A stretch of 64,000 nt of DNA, taken from positions 19,901-83,900 of the forward strand of contig CAYSCS010000101.1 of the NCBI GenBank assembly GCA_964429695.1, in the 5' to 3' direction. A program made the position numbers and the translations under genes. Shown piece by piece: positions 1 to 10,052 of this stretch. Source of the stretch: an uncultured Eubacteriales bacterium (GTDB taxonomy: Bacteria; Acidobacteriota; Aminicenantia; Aminicenantales; Aminicenantaceae). Positions within the stretch are counted from its first letter, which is position 1; every line of letters starts with the position of its first letter. The notes beneath the pieces were generated by a model, which had not been told where the DNA came from, ran no database searches, and was given only the letters and a program-made list of their open reading frames with translations.

Positions 1-46
1 AGCTTACTTCACCTGGGATTGGTTTAAGAAAAATCCCTACTGGCAC

Positions 47-1537
47 TTGCTCGCCAATGGAGACCCTTGGTGCTTAGGACCTGGAGTGGGGATGTTCTAC
101 ATTTTGACCATGGGTGAAAATAAAGGGGACACTCCTCAATCAGCCAGAATCCGACGCTGGAGCGCCTATCTTCAGGATAGCTTCACCATCGCAGATAGAC
201 TCACCCTGAACCTGGGAGTCCGTTATGACGAATCCCACGGAGATGTTCTGGGTGGAACCTTCACTCCTGTTGCTTCGAAAGACCCTGTAGCCACCCTGCT
301 CGCGCCTAACATCTTCAGAAAGCAAACCGTAGATGATGCCAACAACCTCATGCTCTGGAAGGATTTCTCGCCCCGGCTGGGCGCAGTTTTCGATGTTTTC
401 GGGGATGGCAAAACCTCACTCAAGGCTTCCTGGTCCCGCTACAATGAATTTTTGATGCTCCAGTATTTCATGGCCATAAGCCCCGTCTATCCTGACTACC
501 TTACTGCTTTATGGATTGACCTCAATCTGAACAGGTCAATCGAAGCCACTGATTATTTCATAGTCCTCTACACACCTCTTGAGCCTGAAGACTTCAGGGT
601 CGAAGATAGGCTCGACCCCAAACACAAATCTCCCTATACAGATGAATTCATCCTTGGGGTGGAAAGAGAACTTTTCAGGGATGTAAGCTTGGGCATCTCC
701 TATTACTACAAGAAAAAAGGAAGGGTTGTAGAAGATGTGGACTGGCTCAGAGGAAACAGCCCTGATAGCGGCTGGTGGGTTCCTTACACAGTCAAGGAAC
801 CGGGATGGGATGGTGAGTTTGGTACAGAAGACGATGCTAATATAACTGTATATGCGGTTAAGGAAGGGGCTCCAGAGCTCAGGTATGTTTTCACCAACCC
901 TAAAGGAGCAGTAAGAAAATATCAGGGAGTCGAATTTATCATAAACAAAAGAATGTCCAATCGCTGGCAGTTTCTTGGCTCTCTGACCTTAAGCAAGTTC
1001 GAGGGAAACATAGGCGCAAATTACGGAGCGACCTGGGGCTTCAGCGGCGCCTTCGATGACCCCAACTGGTTTGTCAACAGGTATGGAAGACTCGACATGG
1101 ATAGACCTGTGCAGCTCAAACTCCAGGGCTCGGTAATGCTCCCTCTGGACTTCATGCTGAGTGCCTATTACTTCCATGTCTCAGGAGCTCCCTGGGGCAG
1201 AACCCTGAGAATCTATTTCCCGCCTGATCCTTCGTATGACGCTACAAACCCCCCCTATGTCGAAGTCCAGGCAGAGCCTCCGGGAAAGAGAAGGTTTCGC
1301 TCGCGAAACAACATGGATGCACGCGTGGAGAAACTCTTCAATCTAGGAAAGATGGGACAGCTCGGAATATTTCTGGATGTCTTGAATGTCTTCGGAGAGA
1401 GCTGGTTCGATGTGAATCAGGACCCGGGCGGATGGATTCTTCCTGATGGAAGCTTTGTCAGATGGCCAAACTATGGACAATTCTATAAGGCCAATGGACT
1501 GCGTACTTTCAAGGTGAGTGCACGCTTTTCATTCTGA
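47..1537 (+). CDS. C-terminal part of a TonB-dependent receptor / outer-membrane beta-barrel protein; the 5' end is probably truncated by the window edge
   Basis: The ORF runs in from the window start. Its beta-strand-like alternating pattern, the 'NLGVRYDESHGD' motif and the terminal aromatic '...KVSARFSF' are typical of TonB-dependent receptors and OMPs. Confidence 0.55.
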   Translation: MLANGDPWCLGPGVGMFYILTMGENKGDTPQSARIRRWSAYLQDSFTIADRLTLNLGVRYDESHGDVLGGTFTPVASKDPVATLLAPNIFRKQTVDDANNLMLWKDFSPRLGAVFDVFGDGKTSLKASWSRYNEFLMLQYFMAISPVYPDYLTALWIDLNLNRSIEATDYFIVLYTPLEPEDFRVEDRLDPKHKSPYTDEFILGVERELFRDVSLGISYYYKKKGRVVEDVDWLRGNSPDSGWWVPYTVKEPGWDGEFGTEDDANITVYAVKEGAPELRYVFTNPKGAVRKYQGVEFIINKRMSNRWQFLGSLTLSKFEGNIGANYGATWGFSGAFDDPNWFVNRYGRLDMDRPVQLKLQGSVMLPLDFMLSAYYFHVSGAPWGRTLRIYFPPDPSYDATNPPYVEVQAEPPGKRRFRSRNNMDARVEKLFNLGKMGQLGIFLDVLNVFGESWFDVNQDPGGWILPDGSFVRWPNYGQFYKANGLRTFKVSARFSF

Positions 1538-1598
1538 GCAAAAGAAGAGAAGGGAGCCCTCATTTTTCTCCCCAATAAGGGCTCCCTTCTTTCCTTCT

Positions 1599-3722
1599 CT
1601 ACTGGTTTGCTTCCTTCTTCTTGTGCTGGTCGAACCAGGCAATTATGTGAAGCATCTTTGAGAGATGCTGGCTTGGTCGAGCAAAGATGCCATGGCTTGC
1701 TTCAGGGAATCTCACCAGAACCGCCTCCACTCCCCTCAATTTGAGAGCCATGTAATACTGTTCTGACTCGGACATGGGCGTTCGATAGTCCTGTTCTCCG
1801 GTGATGATGATGGTGGGCGTCTTGACATTCTTCACTACTGAGAGCAGGGAGCGTTTCTCATAATGCTCAACATAATCCCAAGGAAGACCAGGAAACCAGT
1901 ATTTAACACCGTAGGAAGCCATATCTGCGGTTAGAACCCAGCTGTACCAGTTTATGACAGGATAGAGGGTGGCAGCAGCACGGAATCGAGGAGATCTTCC
2001 AATCATCCAGCAGGTGAGCACTCCTCCCCCGCTTCCTCCTGTGACGAAGATGTTCTCCTCATCAATGTATCCTTTCTTGATGACTGCATCAACACCTGAA
2101 TCAAGGTCATAGAAATCGTCTCCTGGATAGGCGTGGTGAATGAGGTTTCCAAACTCTTCTCCATAGCTTGTGCTCCCCCGAGGATTAGCGTAAAGCACGA
2201 CATAACCCGCAGAAGCAAGGAGCTGTTTTTCCAGGCTGAAACGGTCTCCATAATTTGCAAATGGTCCACCGTGGATCTCGAGGATCAGCGGGTACTTCTG
2301 GGAAGGGTTGAAGTCAGGTGGTTTGATTATCCATCCCTGGATTTTTCGCCCATCCTTTGAAGATTCATACCAGATTTCTTCAACCTGCCCAAGCTTTTTA
2401 TGAGCAAGGATGTCTTCGTTGACTGCAGTGATGAGTCTGGGTTTAGGATTAGCAATGTTCGAGACTGCGATGTCGCTCGGATGGTCAGGGCGCGTGTAGG
2501 TGAAAGCGTAATTTCCGTTAGCGGCGACGGTGTAGCTTCCCCCTCCTCCATAGGCTATCCTTCCATCTCCTATATCCCCGTTGAGTATCTTCATTTTTCC
2601 GTCCAAGGTGAGATAGGCTAATTTAGTGTTTCCCTTATCATCGTACATGAAAAAAATTCCCCTGCCATCCTTTCCCCACATGATGTTATAGATGCTTCTA
2701 TCTAAATTCTTTGTCAGAGAACGTGAATTGCTCCCATCACGGTTCATAACATACAGCTCGGTCACCTGGTAACCCTGGTATCTGTCGTCAAAACCCACAT
2801 AAGCAATCAGGTTTCCAGCTGGCGAAATTGAAGGAGAATCATCCGGTCCCTTGCGGTTTGTGAGCTGACGGAGAGAGAGGTCTGAAATAGAAAATTCATA
2901 TATTTCAGTATCCAAAATCTCATATTCCCAATCATCTCTGCGGTTAGCGGAGAGGAGGATAGCCTTGTTATCAGGAGTCCATTCAAGCGAGGCTCCTCCA
3001 AAAACAGGAAAGGGATGATGGAAGTTTCCCTGAGAAACCTGTCTCGGCGTGCCTCCTTCTGCCGGCATCACAAAAAGATGCATGTATCCCTGGCTCACTT
3101 GATAACCCATTCCATCAAACCTGTAGATTACCTTGTCGATAACTGTGGCCGGGGGTGCCCATTTAGCACCTGGCGGACAAGGAGGTAGCTGGGCTATGGT
3201 CCGTGGCAACGAAGGTACAGGCGCAGAGAAGGCGATCCATTTCCCGTCTGGAGACCAGGAGATTCCCATGGGTGGAAAGAGCAGGTTGGTGAGAACAACC
3301 GTCTGTCCGGTATCCATCCAGCGTTTATAAATCTGCGGCTTTCCGTCTCTATCGGAAACGTAAATTATCTGGCTCCCATCTTGTGACCAGCGTGGAGAAC
3401 TATCATGATAAAGTCCACTCGTCAAGGGACGATTCCCTGTGCCATCGAAATTCACTATCCAGAGATTGGAATAAACATTATCTGTCATGATGTCCATGAA
3501 ATTCCGCACGTAGATTATTCTTTTCCCATCCGGGGAAATCTGAGGGTCAGAAACATACTCAAAATTGAAATAATCTTGAGCGGTGAAGAACTTAGATAAG
3601 TCCTTTCCAGTTTGAGAAAAAGAAAACGAAAGAGAAAAGGCCAAAAAGATGAAGCATAGCCTGATGAGTTTTTTTGACATAATCACCTCCTCAATTTTTA
3701 ATCTTTTAGACACCTTTCTCAA
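1599..3722 (-). CDS. S9 family serine peptidase (prolyl oligopeptidase / acylaminoacyl-peptidase-like) with an N-terminal TolB/PD40 beta-propeller and a signal peptide
   Basis: A hydrophobic signal follows an internal Met ('MSKKLIRLCFIFLAFSLSFSFSQ'). Repeated 'SPDGKRIIYV / SPDGKWIAF / SPAGNLIAYV' PD40 repeats are present. The C-terminal alpha/beta hydrolase carries a 'TGGSGGGVL' (GxSxG) nucleophile elbow, and ~700 aa is typical of S9C peptidases. Confidence 0.8.
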   Translation of the reverse strand: MRKVSKRLKIEEVIMSKKLIRLCFIFLAFSLSFSFSQTGKDLSKFFTAQDYFNFEYVSDPQISPDGKRIIYVRNFMDIMTDNVYSNLWIVNFDGTGNRPLTSGLYHDSSPRWSQDGSQIIYVSDRDGKPQIYKRWMDTGQTVVLTNLLFPPMGISWSPDGKWIAFSAPVPSLPRTIAQLPPCPPGAKWAPPATVIDKVIYRFDGMGYQVSQGYMHLFVMPAEGGTPRQVSQGNFHHPFPVFGGASLEWTPDNKAILLSANRRDDWEYEILDTEIYEFSISDLSLRQLTNRKGPDDSPSISPAGNLIAYVGFDDRYQGYQVTELYVMNRDGSNSRSLTKNLDRSIYNIMWGKDGRGIFFMYDDKGNTKLAYLTLDGKMKILNGDIGDGRIAYGGGGSYTVAANGNYAFTYTRPDHPSDIAVSNIANPKPRLITAVNEDILAHKKLGQVEEIWYESSKDGRKIQGWIIKPPDFNPSQKYPLILEIHGGPFANYGDRFSLEKQLLASAGYVVLYANPRGSTSYGEEFGNLIHHAYPGDDFYDLDSGVDAVIKKGYIDEENIFVTGGSGGGVLTCWMIGRSPRFRAAATLYPVINWYSWVLTADMASYGVKYWFPGLPWDYVEHYEKRSLLSVVKNVKTPTIIITGEQDYRTPMSESEQYYMALKLRGVEAVLVRFPEASHGIFARPSQHLSKMLHIIAWFDQHKKKEANQ

Positions 3723-4516
3723 GAAAAGTATTAATTTTAATCATGTTTAGATGGAATAAGATTTCCATAAAATTATTATCAATACCCTCGAGTTCTTCAA
3801 CCATCTGAGCTCATTCATGAAAAAATCAGCATAACAACTTTTAACTAATTTTACGAAAATTATCAAATAAAAGTTTTTATTTCTAAACTAGAAAAAGGTG
3901 AGAAGACTATCTTTCGTGTTCTCTCAGCATAATTTATCCGTAAGCTAGAGGATAACCTCGCACTTCTCTTTCTTTTCTTTAAAAAATCGATATTAAGAAG
4001 AAGGTCAATGAGAAAATCTTCTCCTCCATAAATCCAGAATACCAACAAAAGCAGGAAGCTAAGGAACTTGGGAAGAGTAATGCGCTCCCCGCATCTCGAT
4101 CTCCTCTTTGGCTTAAAATTTCCACTCGACATCCTTAATGACTTAACCCGGGCTTAAGAGTTCGCCATTTCCTCTCCCTGGAGAAAGATTTATTCCTCCC
4201 TTCTATTTCTGGCCTTTATTCCTCCATTTATGAATTCTCAATCCTCAATCTCTCTTCAATCTTCCTCTCAATGGCTCCGAAGAATAGAATGAGTCCCATT
4301 CCAGGATGAGAGGTCATCTCCAGATAAAAGCTCACGAAGAAGGGTATGTTTAAAATTCTTAAGGGACTATGAATAATTTTGTTTCAGATTTGATTCTCTT
4401 CTCTTCTTTATGGTATAAGCTCGATGAGGAAAAAATCTTCTGAAGAATGAAGTCATCCTCTCTCTCCAGAGAAAAGAAAAATTTCTCAAAAAACCATCCT
4501 TCGCAGGAGGTGTCGT

Positions 4517-6472
4517 ATGAAAATATTTTTTCGCTTCTTTTTAGTCTTTAGTCTCTTCGTTGCTCTCCAAGCGATCCTGCCTCTCTCGGAAGGAAGGGGC
4601 TTAAATCAAGAAGAAACTCAGGCTCTTGCCCCTTTCAAAGAAGGACCAAGTGACCCTGTAGAACTCGAGGCATTCATCGATGGCATCATGAGCATTCATC
4701 TGGAAACAAACCATATTGCAGGTGCAACATTCTCTCTTGTCAAAGATGGAGAACTCTTCTTGGCTAAAGGTTATGGATATGCAGATAGAGAAAAGAAAAT
4801 ACCCGTCAAGGCTGAAGAAACGCTTTTTCGACCGGGTTCAATCTCAAAGCTTTTCGTCTGGACTGCGGTGATGCAGCTTTATGAACAGGGAAAGCTTGAC
4901 CTCGATGCCGATATAAACACTTACCTCAGAAAGTTTAAGGTTCCTGAGACATTCCCCCAACCGATTACTATGAAGCATCTCATGAGTCATACTGCTGGAT
5001 TTGAGGAGATGATCAAGGAGATGTCAGTTCGGGACGCAAAAGACCTTGTACCTCTCGGTGAGTTTCTTGCCACTCACCTCCCAGCTCGAGTCATCCCTCC
5101 AGGCAAGCTCGCTGCCTATTCAAATTATGGAACTGCGCTTGCAGGATATATCATCGAAGAAATATCAGGGATTCCCTTTGAAGAATACATCGAAGAGCAC
5201 ATCTTCAAACCGCTCAAAATGGAAAAAAGCACTTTCCGCCAACCTCTCCCACTTCATCTTAAGGATTTGATGTCAGTCGGGTATTCATTTGAGAAAGGAA
5301 TCTTCAAGGCGCATGATTTCGAGTTGATAAATGGTCTTGCACCTGCAGGCTCGATGTCCACTACAGCCACAGACATGGCAAATTTCATGATTGCGCATCT
5401 TGAAAAAGGTCGATTCCAGGAGAAAAGAATTCTGAAAGAAGAGACGATAAGGCTGATGCATTCGAGGCTTTTTACTCATCACCCAAAAGTAAACGGAAAT
5501 GCCTATGGCTTCTGGGAACTTAAGCTGAATGAACTGAAGATGATCGAACATGGAGGAGACACAGCTTGGTTTCATTCATTTCTTGTGCTCATACCCGAGA
5601 AAAATGTTGGTCTCTTTGTCTCTTATAACAGTGCAGGAGGGGGCGGGTTTGCGCGTGAAGAGCTAGTAAAAGCTTTCCTCGACCGCTATTATCCTGGCGA
5701 AGAGAAGCCTCTTCCCCAGCCCCCTTCGGATTTCAAAAAAAGAGCAAAGAAATTCCTCGGAACCTATAGATTCACAAGAGTAGTCCATACATCCTATGAA
5801 AAGATGATGGCCCTGCTGATGAAAGTCGAGGTAAAGGCAACTCCTGAAAATACTCTTCTAATCACGCTCCCTGCAGGATTGGGTGCAAAGCAATGGGTTG
5901 AGGTAGAACCCCTTATTTTCCAAGAAGTGAGTGGCCAAGATACCCTAGTCTTCCAAGAAGACGAGAGAGGGCACATAATTCATGCTTTTGTAAATTCCTT
6001 TCCCTACTTTGCCCTGGTAAAGATGAGATGGTTTGAAACCCCGCTCTTCAGCCTTTCTCTCGTTTTGATTTGCGTCCTTCTTTTCCTTTCTGTCCTTCGC
6101 TGGCCCTTAAGTTCGCTGCTGAGGAGATTGTGTCAGCCTGAGGCAAAAGAAGGGAAGAAAGCACCCTCTACCTTTCGTCTCATAGTCTCGCTGATGGCTA
6201 TTCTTTACCTTATTTTCATAATTGGAGTGCTGCTCGTGCTCAGCGATTACATGAAGCTCATGTTCGGAGTCCCCTTGAGCTTGAAAATTCTTCTTTTCCT
6301 CCCTCTTTTCTCTTCATTCTTAACCTTCATAGCCATTTTCATCAGCCTCGTTACTTGGATTAAAGGTTACTGGAGCTGGTGTGCTCGCTTTCACTACACA
6401 CTCATTGTCCTTGGTTCAATCGCCTTTATCTGGTTTCTGAACTACTGGAATTTGCTTGGCTTTAAGTACTAA
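4517..6472 (+). CDS. Beta-lactamase-fold serine hydrolase (class C beta-lactamase / family VIII esterase-like) with a signal peptide and a C-terminal ~4-helix transmembrane domain
   Basis: Carries the 'RPGSISKLF' (S-x-x-K), 'YSNYG' (Y-x-N) and 'HGGD' motifs. There is an N-terminal signal 'FLVFSLFVALQAILP'. The last ~170 aa contain four strongly hydrophobic segments. Confidence 0.75.
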   Translation: MKIFFRFFLVFSLFVALQAILPLSEGRGLNQEETQALAPFKEGPSDPVELEAFIDGIMSIHLETNHIAGATFSLVKDGELFLAKGYGYADREKKIPVKAEETLFRPGSISKLFVWTAVMQLYEQGKLDLDADINTYLRKFKVPETFPQPITMKHLMSHTAGFEEMIKEMSVRDAKDLVPLGEFLATHLPARVIPPGKLAAYSNYGTALAGYIIEEISGIPFEEYIEEHIFKPLKMEKSTFRQPLPLHLKDLMSVGYSFEKGIFKAHDFELINGLAPAGSMSTTATDMANFMIAHLEKGRFQEKRILKEETIRLMHSRLFTHHPKVNGNAYGFWELKLNELKMIEHGGDTAWFHSFLVLIPEKNVGLFVSYNSAGGGGFAREELVKAFLDRYYPGEEKPLPQPPSDFKKRAKKFLGTYRFTRVVHTSYEKMMALLMKVEVKATPENTLLITLPAGLGAKQWVEVEPLIFQEVSGQDTLVFQEDERGHIIHAFVNSFPYFALVKMRWFETPLFSLSLVLICVLLFLSVLRWPLSSLLRRLCQPEAKEGKKAPSTFRLIVSLMAILYLIFIIGVLLVLSDYMKLMFGVPLSLKILLFLPLFSSFLTFIAIFISLVTWIKGYWSWCARFHYTLIVLGSIAFIWFLNYWNLLGFKY

Positions 6473-9400
6473 TACTCTATTAAGATGGAATCTTCTCCGA
6501 GGAGGTTCTTTATCGCTCGGGTGAGTTCTTCTGAAGGAGAGACAGAGGTAATTTCCGAAGACTGGGCGACCATTCGGTAGGAATGGGGTGTCTCAAGTTC
6601 AAATAAGACAGGACATCCTCCAGGATTCTTCTCCAAAATTCCTCTTAATTCTTCGAAAATAGACTCCTCAATTCCGGGGAGAAAAATTCTGAGAATAACC
6701 CTCTTTGCCTGTTTCTGAAGCGCTTCAGAAAGGGGCATTATCTCCATAAGATGTATCCTTCGATTCTCACCTTCTCCAAAGAATTTCCCTTTGACCCATA
6801 CCAGAGAATCTTCCCTCAGGATTTCATAATGCTTCCTGTATGAATCGGGAAAAACCACAACCTCTATCCGGCCACTCAAATCTTCGAGGACAAAAGTAGC
6901 CATTCTTTCTTCCTTCCTTGTCTTTAGAGTCTTCAAGGAAGTGACGATCCCTGCTACCTTTATCTCGGCGTTGAAATCTATCCCCTCATCCAGGTCACCC
7001 AGCGAATAGGAAACAAGCCTCTTTAGTTGCTTCTCGAATTGCCTCAAAGGGTGACCAGTGATGTAGAAGCCCAGGGCATCCTTTTCGTAAGAGAGGAAAA
7101 GGGGCTCATCCCACTCCCTCATTTCTTTTATTTCTCGAGGAATCTCTCTCGGCTCCAAGACATGATGTCCAAAAAGAAAGCTCTGTCTTGAAGACCTCAG
7201 CCTCTGGACTTCATGGGCATAATCAATCATCGTTTCCACAAGGTGAAAGAGCTGGCTTCGCTTCCACCCCAAAGAATCGAAAGCCCCTGCTTTGATCAAA
7301 CTCTCTATCACTTTGCGGTTAACAAGTTTAGAATCCACATCCTGAAAGACATCAAAAGGAGAGGTAAATTTTCCCCTCTTCTCCCTCGCCTTAAGCAAAG
7401 AGCGAACCGCGCTCTCACCCACGTTCTTGATTGCGGAAAGGCCAAACCTAATCGCTCCTTTGGAGACAGTGAAGCTGAACTCACTTTCATTGATGTCAGG
7501 GGGTAAGACATCAATTCCCATTTCTTTACATTCGTTTATGTATTTTATCACTTGAGAGGTCGCCCCTCTTTCAGCCTCCGAAGTCAGAAGCGCTGCCATA
7601 AAATACACTGGGTAATGTGCCTTGAGATAAGCTGTTCGATAAGCGAGATAAGCATAGGCAGCGCTGTGCGACTTGTTGAAGCCGTAGCCAGCAAAGTATT
7701 TTATCTGTTCGAAGAGTTTGGTGGCTTTAGCCTGACTGATTCCCTTTTTCCTCGCGCCTTGAATGAACCTCTGTTTCTGAGCCTTCATCATCGCGGTTTC
7801 CTTCTTTCCCATGGCTTTGCGCAGAATATCGGCTTCTGCCATGGAAAAACCCGCAAACTCTGTCGCTATCCGCATTACCTGCTCTTGATAGACGATAATG
7901 CCCTTTGTTTCTTTGAGAATGGGCTCAAGTTCAGGGAATTCATACACAACTCTCTCAGGGTGATTCTTCCTCTTTATGAATTCATCGGTCATTCCGCTCT
8001 TCAAAGGTCCGGGACGATAAAGGGCATTGAGAGCGATGAGGTCTCGAAAATTCTCGGGCTTAAAGTTTCGCAGAAGGTCCTTCATCCCAGGGCTTTCAAA
8101 CTGGAAGACTCCGTCGGTATTACCCGACTTGAAGACCTCGAATGTCTTTTCATCATCAAGAGGAATTTGTTTGAGGTCAATCTTTTGCTTGGTATCCTTC
8201 TCCACAAGCTCGATGGTATCCTGAATGACGGTCAAATTTCTTAGCCCGAGGAGGTCCATCTTCAGCAGCCCCAGAGCCTCTATATCCTGCATCGGAAACT
8301 GGGTGGTGATTTCTCCTTTTACAGACTGATAAAGGGGCATGAATTCCACTAGAGGCTTGGGAGCGATGACTATCCCTGCGGCATGGATGGAAGGATGGCG
8401 GATCTGACCCTCCAGCTTCTGAGCGATGCTCAGGAGATGGGCAATCTTAGTGTTCTTATCTCTTAAATCTTTGAGCTGAGGGATATTTTTGAGCGCACCC
8501 TCGATGGTAGCCTCTGGTCCAAAGGGAGGAATCATCTTTGCAATGGCATCCACCTCGGGAAGAGGAACTTCAAGTGCTCTCCCCACATCCCTTACAGCCT
8601 GGCGAGCCGCCATCGTTCCAAAAGTTATGATCTGACAAACATTCTCCCTTCCATATTTTTTTGTCACATATTCAATGACTTCTTCTCTGCGCCTGCCGCA
8701 AAAGTCTATGTCGATGTCAGGAAGAGTTATTCTCGCTGGATTGAGAAACCTCTCAAAGAGGAGGTCATACTCGAGAGGGTCAATATCTGTGATTCCCAGG
8801 CAGTATGAGAGGAGGCTTCCTGCTGCGGAACCTCTTCCCGGTCCCACAGGAATGTTCTTTTTCCCTGCCATCTGGACGAGGTCCCACACGATTAGAAAAT
8901 AGCCCTCAAATCCCATCTCTTTGACGAGCCGGATTTCTTTCTCCAGCCTCTCCTCATACACCCTTCTTTCTGGTAGCTCTCCCCTTTCAATCCTAGGAAG
9001 AAGGCTCTTTAAGCGTGCTTCGAAGCCTTCTCGGACAACTTTGTCGAAATATTCCGAGAGAGAGGTCCCCTCAGATGTCTTGAAAAGGGGAAGAAAATAT
9101 TCTCCCGAAGGAAAGTCGAAGTTACATTTCGAGGCTATCTTGATTGTATTCTGAATTGCCTCAGGAAGCTCCTTGAAGAGCTCGAGCATCTCTGGGCTTG
9201 ATTTGAAATAAAACTCCTTGGAACCAAAACGGATTCGATCTTGGTCTGTAACCTTCTTGTTTGTCTGGATACAGAGAAGGATATCCTGCATCTCTGCATC
9301 CTCTTTTCTCAGATAATGGACGTCGTTTGTGGCCACAAGAGGAAGGCCTAACTTTTTCGCAAGCTTGACAAGCTGGGGGTTGAGCTCCTTCTGCTCTGCA

Positions 9401-9945
9401 AGGTCATGGTCCTGGAGTTCGAGATAAAAGTCACCCTTCTCAAAGAGAGACGTGTATTCTAAAGCCTTCTGTTCTGCAATACCCTCCTCTCCCATTCTCA
9501 GGTAGAAGCTTATTTCTCCTTTAAGACAACCTGAAAGCCCTATCAAACCCTCGCTGTGTGCTTGAAGGAGCTCTTTATCAATTCGAGGCCTATAATAAAA
9601 TCCTTCGAGATAGCTTTTGGTAATGAGCTGGCAGAGGTTCTTATAACCCTTTTCATCCTTTACGAGGAGGGTAAGATGAAAATGGCCGGGTCCCTTCTCA
9701 TCCGGCTTCTTCTCGAAACGACTTCCTGGGGCAAGGTAAACCTCACAGCCGAGGATTGGCTTTATCTCCCTCTCCTTTGCCTGCTTGAAGAAATTTACTG
9801 CTCCAAATATGTTTCCATGATCGGTGAGAGCAACGGCGGGCATCTTGTGTTCCCAGGCGGCCTCGACAAGAGAACTAATCTTCATTGCCCCATCGAGGAT
9901 GCTGAATTCAGAGTGATTATGAAGATGAATGAACGAAGAATTCAT
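6469..9945 (-). CDS. dnaE: DNA polymerase III alpha subunit
   Basis: The N-terminal PHP domain reads 'IHLHNHSEFSILDGA'. At 1158 aa it shows typical DnaE-like similarity throughout, and it overlaps the upstream gene by 4 nt. Confidence 0.95.
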   Translation of the reverse strand: MNSSFIHLHNHSEFSILDGAMKISSLVEAAWEHKMPAVALTDHGNIFGAVNFFKQAKEREIKPILGCEVYLAPGSRFEKKPDEKGPGHFHLTLLVKDEKGYKNLCQLITKSYLEGFYYRPRIDKELLQAHSEGLIGLSGCLKGEISFYLRMGEEGIAEQKALEYTSLFEKGDFYLELQDHDLAEQKELNPQLVKLAKKLGLPLVATNDVHYLRKEDAEMQDILLCIQTNKKVTDQDRIRFGSKEFYFKSSPEMLELFKELPEAIQNTIKIASKCNFDFPSGEYFLPLFKTSEGTSLSEYFDKVVREGFEARLKSLLPRIERGELPERRVYEERLEKEIRLVKEMGFEGYFLIVWDLVQMAGKKNIPVGPGRGSAAGSLLSYCLGITDIDPLEYDLLFERFLNPARITLPDIDIDFCGRRREEVIEYVTKKYGRENVCQIITFGTMAARQAVRDVGRALEVPLPEVDAIAKMIPPFGPEATIEGALKNIPQLKDLRDKNTKIAHLLSIAQKLEGQIRHPSIHAAGIVIAPKPLVEFMPLYQSVKGEITTQFPMQDIEALGLLKMDLLGLRNLTVIQDTIELVEKDTKQKIDLKQIPLDDEKTFEVFKSGNTDGVFQFESPGMKDLLRNFKPENFRDLIALNALYRPGPLKSGMTDEFIKRKNHPERVVYEFPELEPILKETKGIIVYQEQVMRIATEFAGFSMAEADILRKAMGKKETAMMKAQKQRFIQGARKKGISQAKATKLFEQIKYFAGYGFNKSHSAAYAYLAYRTAYLKAHYPVYFMAALLTSEAERGATSQVIKYINECKEMGIDVLPPDINESEFSFTVSKGAIRFGLSAIKNVGESAVRSLLKAREKRGKFTSPFDVFQDVDSKLVNRKVIESLIKAGAFDSLGWKRSQLFHLVETMIDYAHEVQRLRSSRQSFLFGHHVLEPREIPREIKEMREWDEPLFLSYEKDALGFYITGHPLRQFEKQLKRLVSYSLGDLDEGIDFNAEIKVAGIVTSLKTLKTRKEERMATFVLEDLSGRIEVVVFPDSYRKHYEILREDSLVWVKGKFFGEGENRRIHLMEIMPLSEALQKQAKRVILRIFLPGIEESIFEELRGILEKNPGGCPVLFELETPHSYRMVAQSSEITSVSPSEELTRAIKNLLGEDSILIEY

Positions 9946-10052
9946 TTTTGCTTATCAAAATCTCCCGAAGAAATAGCGAATCAGATTTTTAAATTAACTC
10001 AAGAGGTTCTATTTGTCTAGAGCCTCTAAATAAAATCTTCATTTATTTCTTC

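Noticed and set aside
7552-8244. 230-aa + strand ORF and several other 60-100-aa ORFs antisense to dnaE.
   Set aside because: They lie entirely inside a strongly conserved DnaE coding region on the opposite strand and have no recognisable motifs. They are typical spurious antisense ORFs.
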